Source: Antedon mediterranea (taxonomy: Eukaryota; Animalia; Echinodermata). From it: a stretch of DNA of 64,000 nucleotides. The translations under genes were made by a program, and so were the position numbers. Location of the stretch: positions 796,201 to 860,200 of the forward strand of contig NC_092670.1 of the NCBI RefSeq assembly GCF_964355755.1, written 5' to 3'. The first letter of the stretch is position 1, and every line of letters starts with the position of its first letter. The notes below the pieces were generated by a model, which was given only the letters and a program-made list of their open reading frames with translations, did not search any database and was not told the origin of the DNA. Positions 13,402-26,600 of the stretch are shown here, piece by piece.

Positions 13402-16400
13402 GTGAAAGTTATGGATGGAAAATGACGACCACAACAAATGGACATTGGTTAGATAATTACCATAGCCAATCGAATGATCGACTACTATGGTATATGCCCC
13501 GTGAACATGTTTAGCTACACCTACCGGTATTAAACGAATGTTTTGTCTCTATTTGCCCAATACGTAACTTATTAAAACAGCAGGAGCGGGTTTAGCATTT
13601 AATTTCGAATAAACTTGGGTCAATGTAACATGCATATCGGCCGCATAGCAGTTTATTTCGGTCCTTTAGTTAATTTACCAAAACAAATGTATAGGCAATG
13701 GCGATAAAATGAATAAAGCCAGTCTAACCCTTGTACATACTCAATAACTATGGTAACGGCAAGTACATAAAGTTATGGATTTAGGCGTTTTTAACTGGTG
13801 GCCGAAATGACGCGGCCGAAATTATCAGACATCCTAAAAACTGAAATCTCGGACATTTTGAAAAAAAAGAAACTTAAAATGACTGTGAAAGGTTATCATG
13901 AAAGAACCGATATATAAAAAAAAGTTAATTTAGCTTACATTTTAAGGAAGTAGAAAGAGAAAATTGGCCTATTGCGGTACATGTGCTTCCATCACCCGAT
14001 AAAGTTTGCGGAAAACTTATGAGGGTATGACGTCATTGTAATAGACGTTAAAAACAATAACAACATACAGTGCGGTAAGGAACTCTGATCAGAGGTAACT
14101 TTGGTGATTTCATTTTTAACAAACCCGCAAAGTTTCTTGGCAGAAAACTGCTGATCTTCAAAATAAGTAAAAGTATTACTAACTCAATAATAAGAACTAA
14201 CAATATGTACCCTAGAGTTACAACCAGTTTATCTATTAACTATTAAATAATAGTAGCCTAATACATGATTTTCTAATCAATGTCAACAACATCGTAATAA
14301 TATCTCTAAGAAATTTCCCAAGAATCTACAGCAATGAAACAATGAGTGTTTTTAATTTTATAATTACAGCTGATTACAGAGACAGTATATCGAGAGCATT
14401 AAAGATAAGTAGATGTTTGTAGCTTTATTAAGTCAAATATGGACCGCCGTCGAGGTATTATTAATTGCGTCTGTTTTGTGAATAGATCATGAGAAGGCCG
14501 CAAGGGTTTGATGAAGACAGCAGCTGCTACCCAATGCGCGCGCCTGTAGCATGGCACGTGCTCACTGGCAGAATATCATCTGCGTTCAAAGCGGGTAGAT
14601 TTGTTTAACGAATTAATGGGTAATCGAGATTGAAACAGCCGGAAATGTTTAGCAATTTAGGATTACAGTTGTTACACAACACAACTGTAAGTATATTATA
14701 ATTCTATATACAGTAATTAACTGTTATGGAGATAACGTATTATCAATCTAAGTGTATGATGAAATAATTATCTACTAAGATAATCATTTGCTACGTAATG
14801 CACCTCGTAAGCTTGGTTCCCACTGATTGGTCAACTAACGTTGCGCGTACGCAATTGTATTACGTCAAAGTGAGAGAGCCAAGAGTACGAGTTTAGTACG
14901 GTATTGTACCAATGTGATATTTTAGCAGGAAGGAAATATAAAAGAATTATTAAAGATGCTAATATATTATTAGGATTTGTGTGTCTACACTTAATATCCA
15001 ATTGTTTATGCAGTGATTGCTGTATCTACTTTAATTGGCGTAAACAAAACACACACTAACGAACCATTTACAATAAAAGCATCAGAACCAACGTCGATTA
15101 CATAAACAACAATATGCACGGCTTCATAACCTTGGCAAACCACGATAATTGATATCAATATTATTTTAACAAACTTCCCAGAGGAAGCCAATTACACCAA
15201 AATAGTTGCCGTCTAGGGTTCATTAATCGATGCAAAAATGTTTTTTAGCCCAACACTTTTTAAAAAATAAACAAAAATCAATCAAATCGTTCGTGTCTAC
15301 AATATAGTACCCAATCCAAATTAACATTTGCTTAATATCAATATTAGGCCACATCAAGCCACATGCCACTTTATTGTTGTTAATTCTTAATAAAAATGCA
15401 TTTTGTCCACTCTAAACAATTAGATGACATATCTATTAGCGCGATTTTAACGGTTCTTGAAGAATTGCGCGCGAATTTAGAAGAAAGAAATTCTAAAGCT
15501 GAGTATAATTGTGTCATCGTTCTTTTGTCAAATAAACTTACTTAATGATCGCTTGCTTTTATTGCTTGCTTATTTGTAAAACCATGCAATTGAAATTACC
15601 GGGTGGTAAGACATTCTATGTATCTAATAATAATTCATTAATTTTAATATTAGTAACTAATTTTTGTTCATCATGTACAATCGCTTTCCTTATTCTGTAC
15701 TCATTGGCTTTCATTCATTCATTAATTTTATTCATTTTATTTTCACTTTAATGTCTGAAGCCTACAAATAAAGTAATGGCTTTGATTATGTATTATTACA
15801 TAATAAATATTAACTCCCAATTAACAAAGTATGCATACATTATCGTACATGGCATACGTGCATAGATTACACAACATCGAAACCCAAAAATGACTAATGT
15901 TCTTATCTTAAACCAAAGCATGTAACATATTCTATGGATTTATGAAATTAATATAATTTATTCCCTGTCTTCCTCGTCTAAGCTATTATATGATTCATAA
16001 TTGTTTTGTATTAATTACACCATCATAAATTAAATAGGCCTAGTGGTTCTGTAAAGTCTGTTGGTTTGATGAACAGGGAGCTTCATCAATTATCGATTCA
16101 ACTTGAACTTGAACGAGGTTTACTAGATGGCATTGACGGCCTAATTCGAGGTTTCATTGTAAACAAACCTTTCGTTTAACCTTTCAAAGATACTATTGTT
16201 TGATTGTAATACCTTCTTGTTGGAAAAGATACTTTTGTGGATTCTTAAGTGCTTGAATCACGTGAAAATTAATAACAAATCAAGCCTTGACGACGATGTT
16301 TTTGATTTGTTGAGATATTAAGAGATTTACAGTTTTTGACCAAACATGCAGGTGTTTTTCGTTTTCTAATAGCGATCAAAAATTAAGAATTAATCAAGAC

Positions 16401-16790
16401 ATCATTAAACGAGTAGGCCTATGCCTCAAAATGTGGAATAATTTGTTGTGTCACCCCCTCCTCCAGCCAGGTTTGGGTGTTGTTATTCTTTGGTTTTGGC
16501 AGCAGATGAGTAATGACCTAATAACAAGCTTGCTGAAAAGAGTATTGTATAGCAAACTCCGCCAAACATAAATTGAAATTAAAAGTGTTAGGGCTATAAC
16601 GCATTGCCATTATAAATACAATTTATTCTCCCAAATAACGATGTGTTTTATTTCTTAGTCTCATAAGTGTTAAACGCAAAACTATAATTGGTTTATTAAA
16701 ATGTTGCACACAGGCGTTGCTCGTTGGATACATTACTGTTTCATTTCATGTCCTACTTAATAAATATGTTAATACAATCTGGAGTAATGA

Positions 16791-16930
16791 TTTATATACA
16801 TTGGGGATAGGCTGTGAATTTATATACATTGGGGATAGGCTGTGAATTTATATACATTGGGGATAGGCTGTGAATTTATATACATTGGGGATAGGCTGTG
16901 AATTTATATACATTGGGGATAGGCTGTGAA
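16791..16930. repeat. 28-bp minisatellite x5
   Basis: TTTATATACATTGGGGATAGGCTGTGAA x5. Confidence 0.95.
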
Positions 16931-17597
16931 TTTTTGCATAGGAATATGCGTCGTCATTATCCAAACATTTATTTTCGATACAGTACGGTACATTTTTTGA
17001 GTTATCATCGATAAAAACAACATTCTCAAAGTTGTAAATATCATACATTTGTGACGTGATATGAATGAGGAATTATAAGTCACAAACGAGTCCCTTGGCA
17101 TGAGTTGCGTTCATGAACCTTTAGAAACGCGTTAGCGATATCAGATACAATCTCATGCGTGTCGTTGTTTTGATTGTATTGTATCATATACATTTCATTA
17201 TTTTGGAACAACGTTTTCAGATCTTTGAGATAAAATATAAACTTACATATCATCACATTCACAGCGACGTATAAATGAAATTATGTCTCTGTTTATCAAT
17301 GAAATAACAAACCAATAGCAAAATATATTTATTGACTCGGCCTATTTTATTGAGCGCATAAAGCTAATTAAAAGCCCCCAAAGCTGTATTCATTTTTAAA
17401 ATAAAAGCGCCGGAAATTAAGGAAAACCTTATTTAATTTAGAAAAATTGATTCATTTTGGCTTTACAGAATCTTTAGTAAATACTAAACTAAATCCTATT
17501 TATTTTAAGAATTTTTTTAGGATTATGACTGCATCCTAAAATTCTTTTTTTACTATCATTTTATATGAAGTATTATGCTGCTGTTGCTATCTTGTAG

Positions 17598-20034
17598 ATA
17601 CATCTTACTTACTAGTAGGCCTATATACATATTACTTACTAGTAGGCCTATATACATATTACTTACTAGTAGGCCTATATACATATTACTTACTAGTAGG
17701 CCTATATACATATTACTTACTAGTAGTAGGCCTATATACATATTACTTACTAGTAGTAGGCCTATATACATATTACTTACTAGTAGGCCTATATACATAT
17801 TACTTACTAGTAGGCCTATATACATATTACTTACTAGTAGGCCTATATACATATTACTTACTAGTAGGCCTATATACATATTACTTACTAGTAGGCCTAT
17901 ATACATATTACTTACTAGTAGGCCTATATACATATTACTTACTAGTAGGCCTATATACATATTACTTACTAGTAGTAGGCCTATATACATATTACTTACT
18001 AGTAGGCCTATATACATATTACTTACTAGTAGTAGGCCTATATACATATTACTTACTAGTAGTAGGCCTATATACATATTACTTACTAGTAGGCCTATAT
18101 ACATATTACTTACTAGTAGGCCTATATACATATTACTTACTAGTAGGCCTATATACATATTACTTACTAGTAGGCCTATATACATATTACTTACTAGTAG
18201 TAGGCCTATATACATATTACTTACTAGTAGGCCTATATACATATTACTTACTAGTAGTAGGCCTATATACATATTACTTACTAGTAGGCCTATATACATA
18301 TTACTTACTAGTAGGCCTATATACATATTACTTACTAGTAGTAGGCCTATATACATATTACTTACTAGTAGGCCTATATACATATTACTTACTAGTAGGC
18401 CTATATACATATTACTTACTAGTAGGCCTATATACATATTACTTACTAGTAGGCCTATATACATATTACTTACTAGTAGGCCTATATACATATTACTTAC
18501 TAGTAGGCCTATATACATATTACTTACTAGTAGTAGGCCTATATACATATTACTTACTAGTAGTAGGCCTATATACATATTACTTACTAGTAGGCCTATA
18601 TACATATTACTTACTAGTAGGCCTATATACATATTACTTACTAGTAGGCCTATATACATATTACTTACTAGTAGGCCTATATACATATTACTTACTAGTA
18701 GTAGGCCTATATACATATTACTTACTAGTAGTAGGCCTATATACATATTACTTACTAGTAGTAGGCCTATATACATATTACTTACTAGTAGGCCTATATA
18801 CATATTACTTACTAGTAGGCCTATATACATATTACTTACTAGTAGGCCTATATACATATTACTTAATAGTAGGCCTATATACATATTACTTACTAGTAGG
18901 CCTATATACATATTACTTACTAGTAGGCCTATATACATATTACTTACTAGTAGTAGGCCTATATACATATTACTTACTAGTAGTAGGCCTATATACATAT
19001 TACTTACTAGTAGTAGGCCTATATACATATTACTTACTAGTAGGCCTATATACATATTACTTACTAGTAGGCCTATATACATATTACTTACTAGTAGGCC
19101 TATATACATATTACTTACTAGTAGGCCTATATACATATTACTTACTAGTAGGCCTATATACATATTACTTACTAGTAGGCCTATATACATATTACTTACT
19201 AGTAGGCCTATATACATATTACTTACTAGTAGGCCTATATACATATTACTTACTAGTAGGCCTTTATACATATTACTTACTAGTAGGCCTATATACATAT
19301 TACTTACTAGTAGGCCTATATACATATTACTTACTAGTAGGCCTATATACATATTACTTACTAGTAGGCCTATATACATATTACTTACTAGTAGGCCTAT
19401 ATACATATTACTTACTAGTAGTAGGCCTATATACATATTACTTACTAGTAGTAGGCCTATATACATATTACTTACTAGTAGGCCTATATACATATTACTT
19501 ACTAGTAGTAGGCCTATATACATATTACTTACTAGTAGTAGGCCTATATACATATTACTTACTAGTAGTAGGCCTATATACATATTACTTACTAGTAGGC
19601 CTATATACATATTACTTACTAGTAGGCCTATATACATATTACTTACTAGTAGGCCTATATACATATTACTTACTAGTAGGCCTATATACATATTACTTAC
19701 TAGTAGGCCTATATACATATTACTTACTAGTAGTAGGCCTATATACATATTACTTACTAGTAGTAGGCCTATATACATATTACTTACTAGTAGTAGGCCT
19801 ATATACATATTACTTACTAGTAGTAGGCCTATATACATATTACTTACTAGTAGGCCTATATACATATTACTTACTAGTAGGCCTATATACATATTACTTA
19901 CTAGTAGGCCTATATACATATTACTTACTAGTAGGCCTATATACATATTACTTACTAGTAGGCCTATATACATATTACTTACTAGTAGGCCTATATACAT
20001 ATTACTTACTAGTAGGCCTATATACATATTACTT
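17598..20034. repeat. 2.4-kb minisatellite of 27-bp and 30-bp units (~85-90 copies)
   Basis: Unit TAG(TAG)TAGGCCTATATACATATTACTTAC; nearly invariant, with only two internal substitutions seen (18866, 19264). Confidence 0.98.
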
Positions 20035-20276
20035 TTCTAAGAATGTTGGTGCATTTTAGTGTCGCAAAGTAGTAGTCAAGTCGCACAAAATATTGAGAAC
20101 ACATTTTATAAGAAATAACTAAAGAATTAGATAAAAATAAGAACTAACTAACGAAACACCCACACATTGTTTTGAAAGTCTAAGCCTTTCTATAGGAAAA
20201 TGTGTCCGATCTGAGAATATTTCTTTACGTATTCCGTCTTATGATTAAGCAATAGTTTTACAAACTATTTATGTAT

Positions 20277-20508
20277 AAAGCCCTGTCTAAACTATCAAAC
20301 TAGTTTGGCAAAAAAGTGTGATGGTATAGTAATATGCCCAAATATGGTAGTGATCACATCACATTTTAAAGTGTGATGGTAGTAATATGCCCAACTATGG
20401 TAGTGATGACATAACATTTTAAAGTGTGATGGTAGTAATATGCCCAACTATGGTAGTGATGACATCACATTGTTGTCACATAAAGTTTGATAGTGTAGAC
20501 AGAGCTTT
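20277..20508. mobile_element. MITE family 1 copy with an internal ~55-bp triplication
   Basis: TIRs TAAAGCCCTGTCTAAACTATCAAACT and AGTTTGATAGTGTAGACAGAGCTTTA; TAA/TTA ends suggest a PIF/Harbinger (Tourist-like) origin. Confidence 0.75.
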
Positions 20509-21318
20509 ACAGATAAAGTATAAACCAAGAGGCGTAACCTTTAGCTTACTGATGGCTGTTTTTTTCCTGATAAATTCTATTGTATTGGTATTAACCAGAA
20601 AGCGACTCCACGTATTAAATAAGATCTTCCTAAAGATCTACTTAAATTGAATCATTCAATTATTAATCCTGGCCAAATCACCGAATCAAGATGCATTGTT
20701 ATAGCTCAGATGCAGACATGTGAATTCGAGTAAGCTTTTACGTTGCAATTAAAATAAACGATAGTTGATATCTGTTTGGATTGACATGTTCGGAGTAATT
20801 ACAAAGTGTGCCATATCATAAAGTGGTTGACAGAAGTATGTGGTATAACAGTATACTTGAGAATTGCATCCGGGAAATAATTATCAAATTCCGAGAAATT
20901 TGGAGAATCAAACATCCATTGATATACATCCGGGTTCATCAGTCTCCTACAACAAAATAATTCTTTTTTTTCGCGGAATCAAATCAAAAACTTTGACGCT
21001 TTTAGTCGATTAGTGAATTTTCCTTTTCCCATTAAATAAAAAAAACAAACTCAGCATTACTTTTTTTTTGTATCACTGACCCAAGGTGGGAACCCTCTCT
21101 CCAGCAGTATTTGCATTTGAGATGGTATATTAAAACGGCTTGTCGAAATCTGTGTTTATGGTTAACGTTATTACAATTTGATAATTTCATTTTCTTGAAG
21201 AGTTGCTGTGGAACGATAGCCACTTGGCATTTACAGGCACTAATTTCATGGCGATAGAGACACTTTTTAATTGTGTTGAGAACGTCACCTTGTGTATATG
21301 TTTGTCTTGTGGACCTCT

Positions 21319-21372
21319 AAGGGTCCCTAATGATCAGCAACTGCTGGATGGATCGTCCTCATTAAATATGGT
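21319..21372 (+). mobile_element. Retroposon 3'-UTR-like motif shared with 35586-35636
   Basis: AGGGTCCCTAATGATCAGC...GCTGGATGGA followed by an A-rich tail at both loci. Confidence 0.45.
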
Positions 21373-21719
21373 AAAAAAACAAACAAAAAACTAAACTAAA
21401 TTCTTTATAATAATTTTTTTCGCTTCCCGCGGTTAGTTCTGACAACCGATCATATTGATATCATAAATCAGAAAGATATTGCGTTAATGATCTGTTTTTA
21501 CCACGTATATGCTAGATAGACACAACAATATTAATTGTAGCTTGGTATTTTATCTTATTTTCCACTGATTTCTCACTTTTGTGAATGATTACATTGTCGC
21601 CTTACAGTGAAGATTGATTTGTATAGTTGAAGTTAAAAGGCTTCTGAAATTTATGAGAGAACATTGAAAATGAATGGATTTCTTAGAGATTTTCTTTTCT
21701 TGTGAAAACCGTAATTTTG

Positions 21720-22372
21720 TTTTTCTTAAACTAAACATAGGCTTACAAATAATACCGGTTCAATCTTCCGAAATATGATCTTGTAGATGTATAGTTACAT
21801 AAGACCAAGTGTTGAATATGCTGTCCCAGATGGCATTCTAGTCTCACTAAGAAACAAAGTGATATGATAGAATCAGTCCAAAAAAGGGCTTGCAGTATAA
21901 TACTGTGTAATGACTACATATGTTATGACCAAGCACTCAATGATCTTTCTTTAGACACTTTATCTGAATTGTTCAAAAAGTATTCATTTTGGAAAATGGT
22001 TTCCAGTGAAGAATGTAAGTAACATGAAACTAAGACTTGTAAAGTATCAACAACCCAAATGCAGAGTTGAAAGATATAGAAAAAGTGCAATACCATACCT
22101 TATCTCGCTTCTAAATGAATAATCATTATATCACCCAGTACAGCTATGCGATTCTTTTTGGTCCTTTTAGGTGTTTTTTTTTCTATTTTAATATTTTAAG
22201 CTAAACTTTTTTAATGTTCCTGTATAGTATTTCTTGTGTAAATTACATCCTTTTTTTTATATATAATTATCATTGGTTTTATACTTTTATACAAATTTTA
22301 ATATTGTGAAAATGTAAATATCTGTAATTCAGCTAAGGCTGCGATGATAATATTGAAATAAATGAAATGAAA
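21720..22372 (+). mobile_element. 5'-truncated, decayed CR1/L2-group LINE (ORF2 C-terminus plus 3' UTR)
   Basis: Frameshifted translation YIRPSVEYAVP/WHSSLTKKQSDMIESVQKRACSII...PKCRVERYRKSAIPYLISLLNE* is typical of the post-RT region of these LINEs; tail AATAAATGAAATGAAA. Confidence 0.75.
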
Positions 22373-22770
22373 AAAAATATTATGGGTGTTTTATATTATT
22401 ATTATGTATTATGTATTTTTCATGATTTAGCGTATCTTTGTATTGATGCCGATGTTACAATCTTAAAGTACCGAGTTTATGCAGACCAAAACAGTTTTTT
22501 CAATGCAATCTCTCAAGTTTGATTTGGGGTAAATTAACTACTGCAAAAAAATCCATCATAGAAAGTTGAAATATTAGCATACTGTGTCAATTGTCAACAT
22601 GAAAATAAACTCCTTCGATGAAATGCGGACCCCCTTTCAGCGAATAACAATGCCACTTGTAAACTCTCCAGTTTTAAATGAAGTGGAAACTAGAATTCAG
22701 GGCGTTTGTATGGATTATGCAATAGCTGTAATTATGGCTATCAACGAAGATGCTTGTAAATTTGTTTATG

Positions 22771-22917
22771 CAAGCTTGGCTGCTACTAGGACGCAACGCA
22801 AGGACGTACTCGCCGAGCTTTTTGATCAACCACAAACAAAGAATATTCGACTGTTGCTTGTGATTGGTCAAATTAGTTGCATTGTGCGTACAAAGTTGCG
22901 TTGCGTCCTAAGCTTTA
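22771..22917. mobile_element. MITE family 2 copy (palindromic, CCAAT-bearing)
   Basis: AAGCTTGG...TAGGACGCAACGCAA ... GTGATTGGTCAAATTA ... TTGCGTTGCGTCCTA; related copies near 14808, 34660, 40368, 57645 and 58387. Confidence 0.65.
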
Positions 22918-23242
22918 GAATTGCATGGGTTGAAACGAAATTAGAACAATAATTTATGCTTTGGTCTTATTTTGTTTCTTGATCGTAAATATGTTAGAGG
23001 AAATTATCGAAAATGGCTGAAGGAAATACAACTATTGTCACTAATCTAATAATTCAAAATAAATATTTGGCGGATTATGATTTAAAACCGTTAAAATGCA
23101 GACGATAGCTCCAAATGACATGATTCTATGCATCCTGTTTGTAATAATATCTTCACTTGTTATTTCCAGATGAATTCAGAAATTTCTAGTCAACTTGACA
23201 CGTTCGAGGCTAACTCCACCTGCTGCCTTGCACAATAATCCA

Positions 23243-23340
23243 TGACGTCATCATCGGATAAATTTCTGACGTCACATGAGGCCATTGATTCAGCCATTGG
23301 CTGATGAAAGGCTGAGTGAATCAGCGAGTCATTCACCCAC
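23243..23340 (+). promoter_or_regulatory. Putative proximal promoter of gene B
   Basis: Two TGACGTCA sites (23243-23250, 23267-23274), an inverted CCAAT (ATTGG) and AP-1-like TGAATCA/GAGTCA motifs 300-400 bp upstream of the ATG. Confidence 0.4.
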
Positions 23341-23632
23341 ACAACAGCGTGCTCACAATCAACAAACCATGTACACACTGTCAGCGTTATTATTATCTCA
23401 AGTATCTGAAGCGAGCAGACGAATACAAATTCGACGGACGATATAATATAAGTATTTTTACGCGCATGGACTTCTCCGGACGAACGTATATTGCATAATC
23501 AACGCGTGGATTTATAATAGCTATTCAACCAACGATTTCCTATATTTTGGTTTTATATGGATTTAAATTAATATATTTATTGTATGCCTTTTTTTGGGAT
23601 TTATATATTTTGTTTTTAGAAATTTTAACAAA

Positions 23633-26600
23633 ATGGAATTACCAAGTTTGGGTGAGCAGGTATTTGTTGCAGATTATATACAGAAACGACGAATACGCGG
23701 AGTAAGTAGTTGTTTTGTTTACATATTTATTTATTGGAGAGATATTATGAGTTTTCTGTTGCTAGCAGGCGATTGAGTTCTGATTGGTTTGCCCAGCAGA
23801 AACGTGCTGTGACCGAGAGTTCATTGTAACATGCTGGTTTGTTTTGATTTTGCAACGACATAACCAAATTACCTTGTCGCTGTTAAGCAAGTTAATGTAA
23901 TACTAATTAAAAACATATCACACACGCTCTTGTTAATGATATATTTCCCTGAGTGGACTAGGGTAGTTGGAGATAGTTTCAAAAGATAAGGTGCATTAAA
24001 GATTTCATCAAAAATCATAAGGAAGAATTATCGACAAAATGAATTAACATGGAGTAGGATTATTTAGTCTTAGTAAAATTGTTGAAGTAAGCCTACACTT
24101 TAAATAAAAAATTATACCAGGGCAGGGCCAGGGAGTTGAATTACTCCCTGAAAACAAATAGAGTATCTAGACCTTACTAATATTATTCGGTAATCCTACC
24201 TCACACACTCTAAATATTATTAATAAATATCTTGGAAATATGACTTAAGTACAATAAACATCAACAGATTATTCATACATACGTAACGGTAAATTAAAAT
24301 ATATTCAGATCTGAACAAAGGTTTAATCGTACCTACTACTGGCGTACAATTCTAAATAATATATTTATTTGTGGGATAACGAAATACTGTACTTTTCAAG
24401 GCCTTATTACCTTGTTTACACAAAGGACATGAGGGCCAAATAAAAATTGAATTATAACATTTATGTTCTTAATGTTGACACTTATGAATAACATTAACTA
24501 TATACATGGACCTTTTTATACATTATTATTTTATACTTTTTTAGGTCAATGTAATTCTTGAAAACCCTTTCGTCAGCGTAAACATTGACATTTCTGTTTT
24601 ATGATGTCACATGAATTGCGTTTATAGTAGAAAGACGATCATTCTAGAATCTTCTCTAGTTGTCGTCACGAATTGTGTTAAAATAATGCATTTCTACTCT
24701 AAAGCTTTTTCTACACTATCAAACTAGTGTGACAAAAAAAGTGTGATGTGCCCAAATATGGTAGTGATATGACATCATCATTTTCATATATGGGCACATC
24801 ATCACATTTTTTTGTCATATAAAATTTGATTTGTAGACAGCTTGAGTTAAATCTGTTACAATACAATTATTAATTATTCAATGTTTACCAAAAAGTTTAT
24901 CCTTAGAACCTTTTGTTAGAACTCATTAAAGATTCATTCTATAATAATTGTTCTTTGTTGTAGGCTAATTATTTTTCTTTGTAACATATCAGAATGTAAC
25001 TGATGTAATTGATTTGATCAATACATTTAGCTTACACATTTGTCAAGAAGTCAATTAAGAGAATACAAATTGATTTTATGAGATCGTATGGGAAACAAAA
25101 TAACATCTTCTTACAATTTTGTTTTCAATCACGAAGAAAATAATTTACAGTATGTATTTGTAACGTAAGTCGTTTAACCTTGACAGTGGATTCAGCAGAT
25201 CCCGGTGAATATTAAGTCCGCAAATTACATTAAATTGGGTGGTAAATTATTTCCAACAGTATTAATCGAACTTCCTGGATATAGTATAGATTTAATTGTT
25301 TAGGTTGCAACAACCATGAGCGTCCCTAGAAAGAAGGTCATGGCCTCTGACCCGGATGCGCCTGTCTCCTGAGGGGGTTGGGATTACGTTGTGCATCACC
25401 CATAGAATTTCTTCCGTTTCGGTCGCTGAAAATGATGGAACTGGTGCGTGAATTAGCTCACATCATGACCACAACTTAATATTAAGCAAGAATATAATGA
25501 ATAACTCTGTAGGCATGGAAATTTGCTGAAAATATGTTCGTAATATTTGCAAACCATCACTTATATTAACAACAAATATTTGTCGTAACATATTGTGATC
25601 ATGCACACGTACGTCACCCAATTACTATCCATCTACACCACTTTTGCGAACAGGGTCTTCCACAGAACACTGAGATGATCTCCTGACCCATAGGGACAGT
25701 GAGGGAGTGGTTTTGAATTATACTCCCAACATTTTGTAAAAAGGTGGGGGGGGGGGGGCATAACATTGTCAACAACCGTCTTTTAGGTTTTGAGGGGGTG
25801 TTGCTTTTTGGGGTGTCCCCTGTTTCACCTAAAACTCTATCGGCGGCCTTTTTCCTACCTTAAAAAAAAATAAATTGGTTTTATGATGGGAGACCTGTTG
25901 ATCTATTTGTAGGCCTACAAATTGACATGACCTTTGACATTACAGTATGTTTATTGCGTGTTTTTCTCGGTCGATATTTTGTAAGGCTTTTATTTACGAT
26001 CCATTAATACCCATTATATAATACTTATCTTCGATTGTTTCTTTCCAGAGAAAAATTGAATACTTGGTCAAGTGGAAAGGTTGTTCAATAAAGTAAGTTA
26101 ATCATTCATTACAGTAGGAATGACATATCAATCGTAGTAACGATGTATTAGCAATCTCCTTGGAGATTGTAGCATAATAGCATAATAGTGTGTGTTTTAT
26201 TTGCCACATTCTGTTTATATTTCTATATATATATATATCTTTATAACATGAAGGGTTAGTGTTGCCCGAAAGCTCTGCTTTTTTTTCTGGCTGTTTTACT
26301 TTATCGTTTTTATTTTGCCTTTTACTTATTTTTTCGTATCTCCATTGAGATCCAGCTACTGATACCCACAGCATTGCCATTTTTTAAAGTAATGGATTTA
26401 TTTATTTCTTATATTATTCTCATATAATGAATATTAACGATATGATGAAACCAGATGATGGGTGGTGATACCATGGAGGTATCCATGGTGATACCATGGA
26501 GGTATCCATGGTGATACCATGGAGGTATCCATGGTGATACTAAGACCAATTGTGAATTTTCCGCAATCATTATAGAGTTAGGTCTATAGTAAAATTGGGC

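Noticed and set aside
17598-20034. CRISPR-like array of ~27-30-bp repeats
   Set aside because: There are no unique spacers and no cas genes, and the context is eukaryotic.
17556-20040. 821-aa and 823-aa ORFs on opposite strands
   Set aside because: They are translations of a 27/30-bp minisatellite with essentially no synonymous variation, no domain and no splice context.
22584-22952. 122-aa ORF upstream of gene B
   Set aside because: It has a non-ATG start, runs through a MITE and has no recognisable domain.
2513-23590. An additional CBX copy or other gene in the 21-kb gap
   Set aside because: No WKGW, TWEPE or C-box coding exons were found by eye on either strand; small exons or lncRNAs cannot be excluded.
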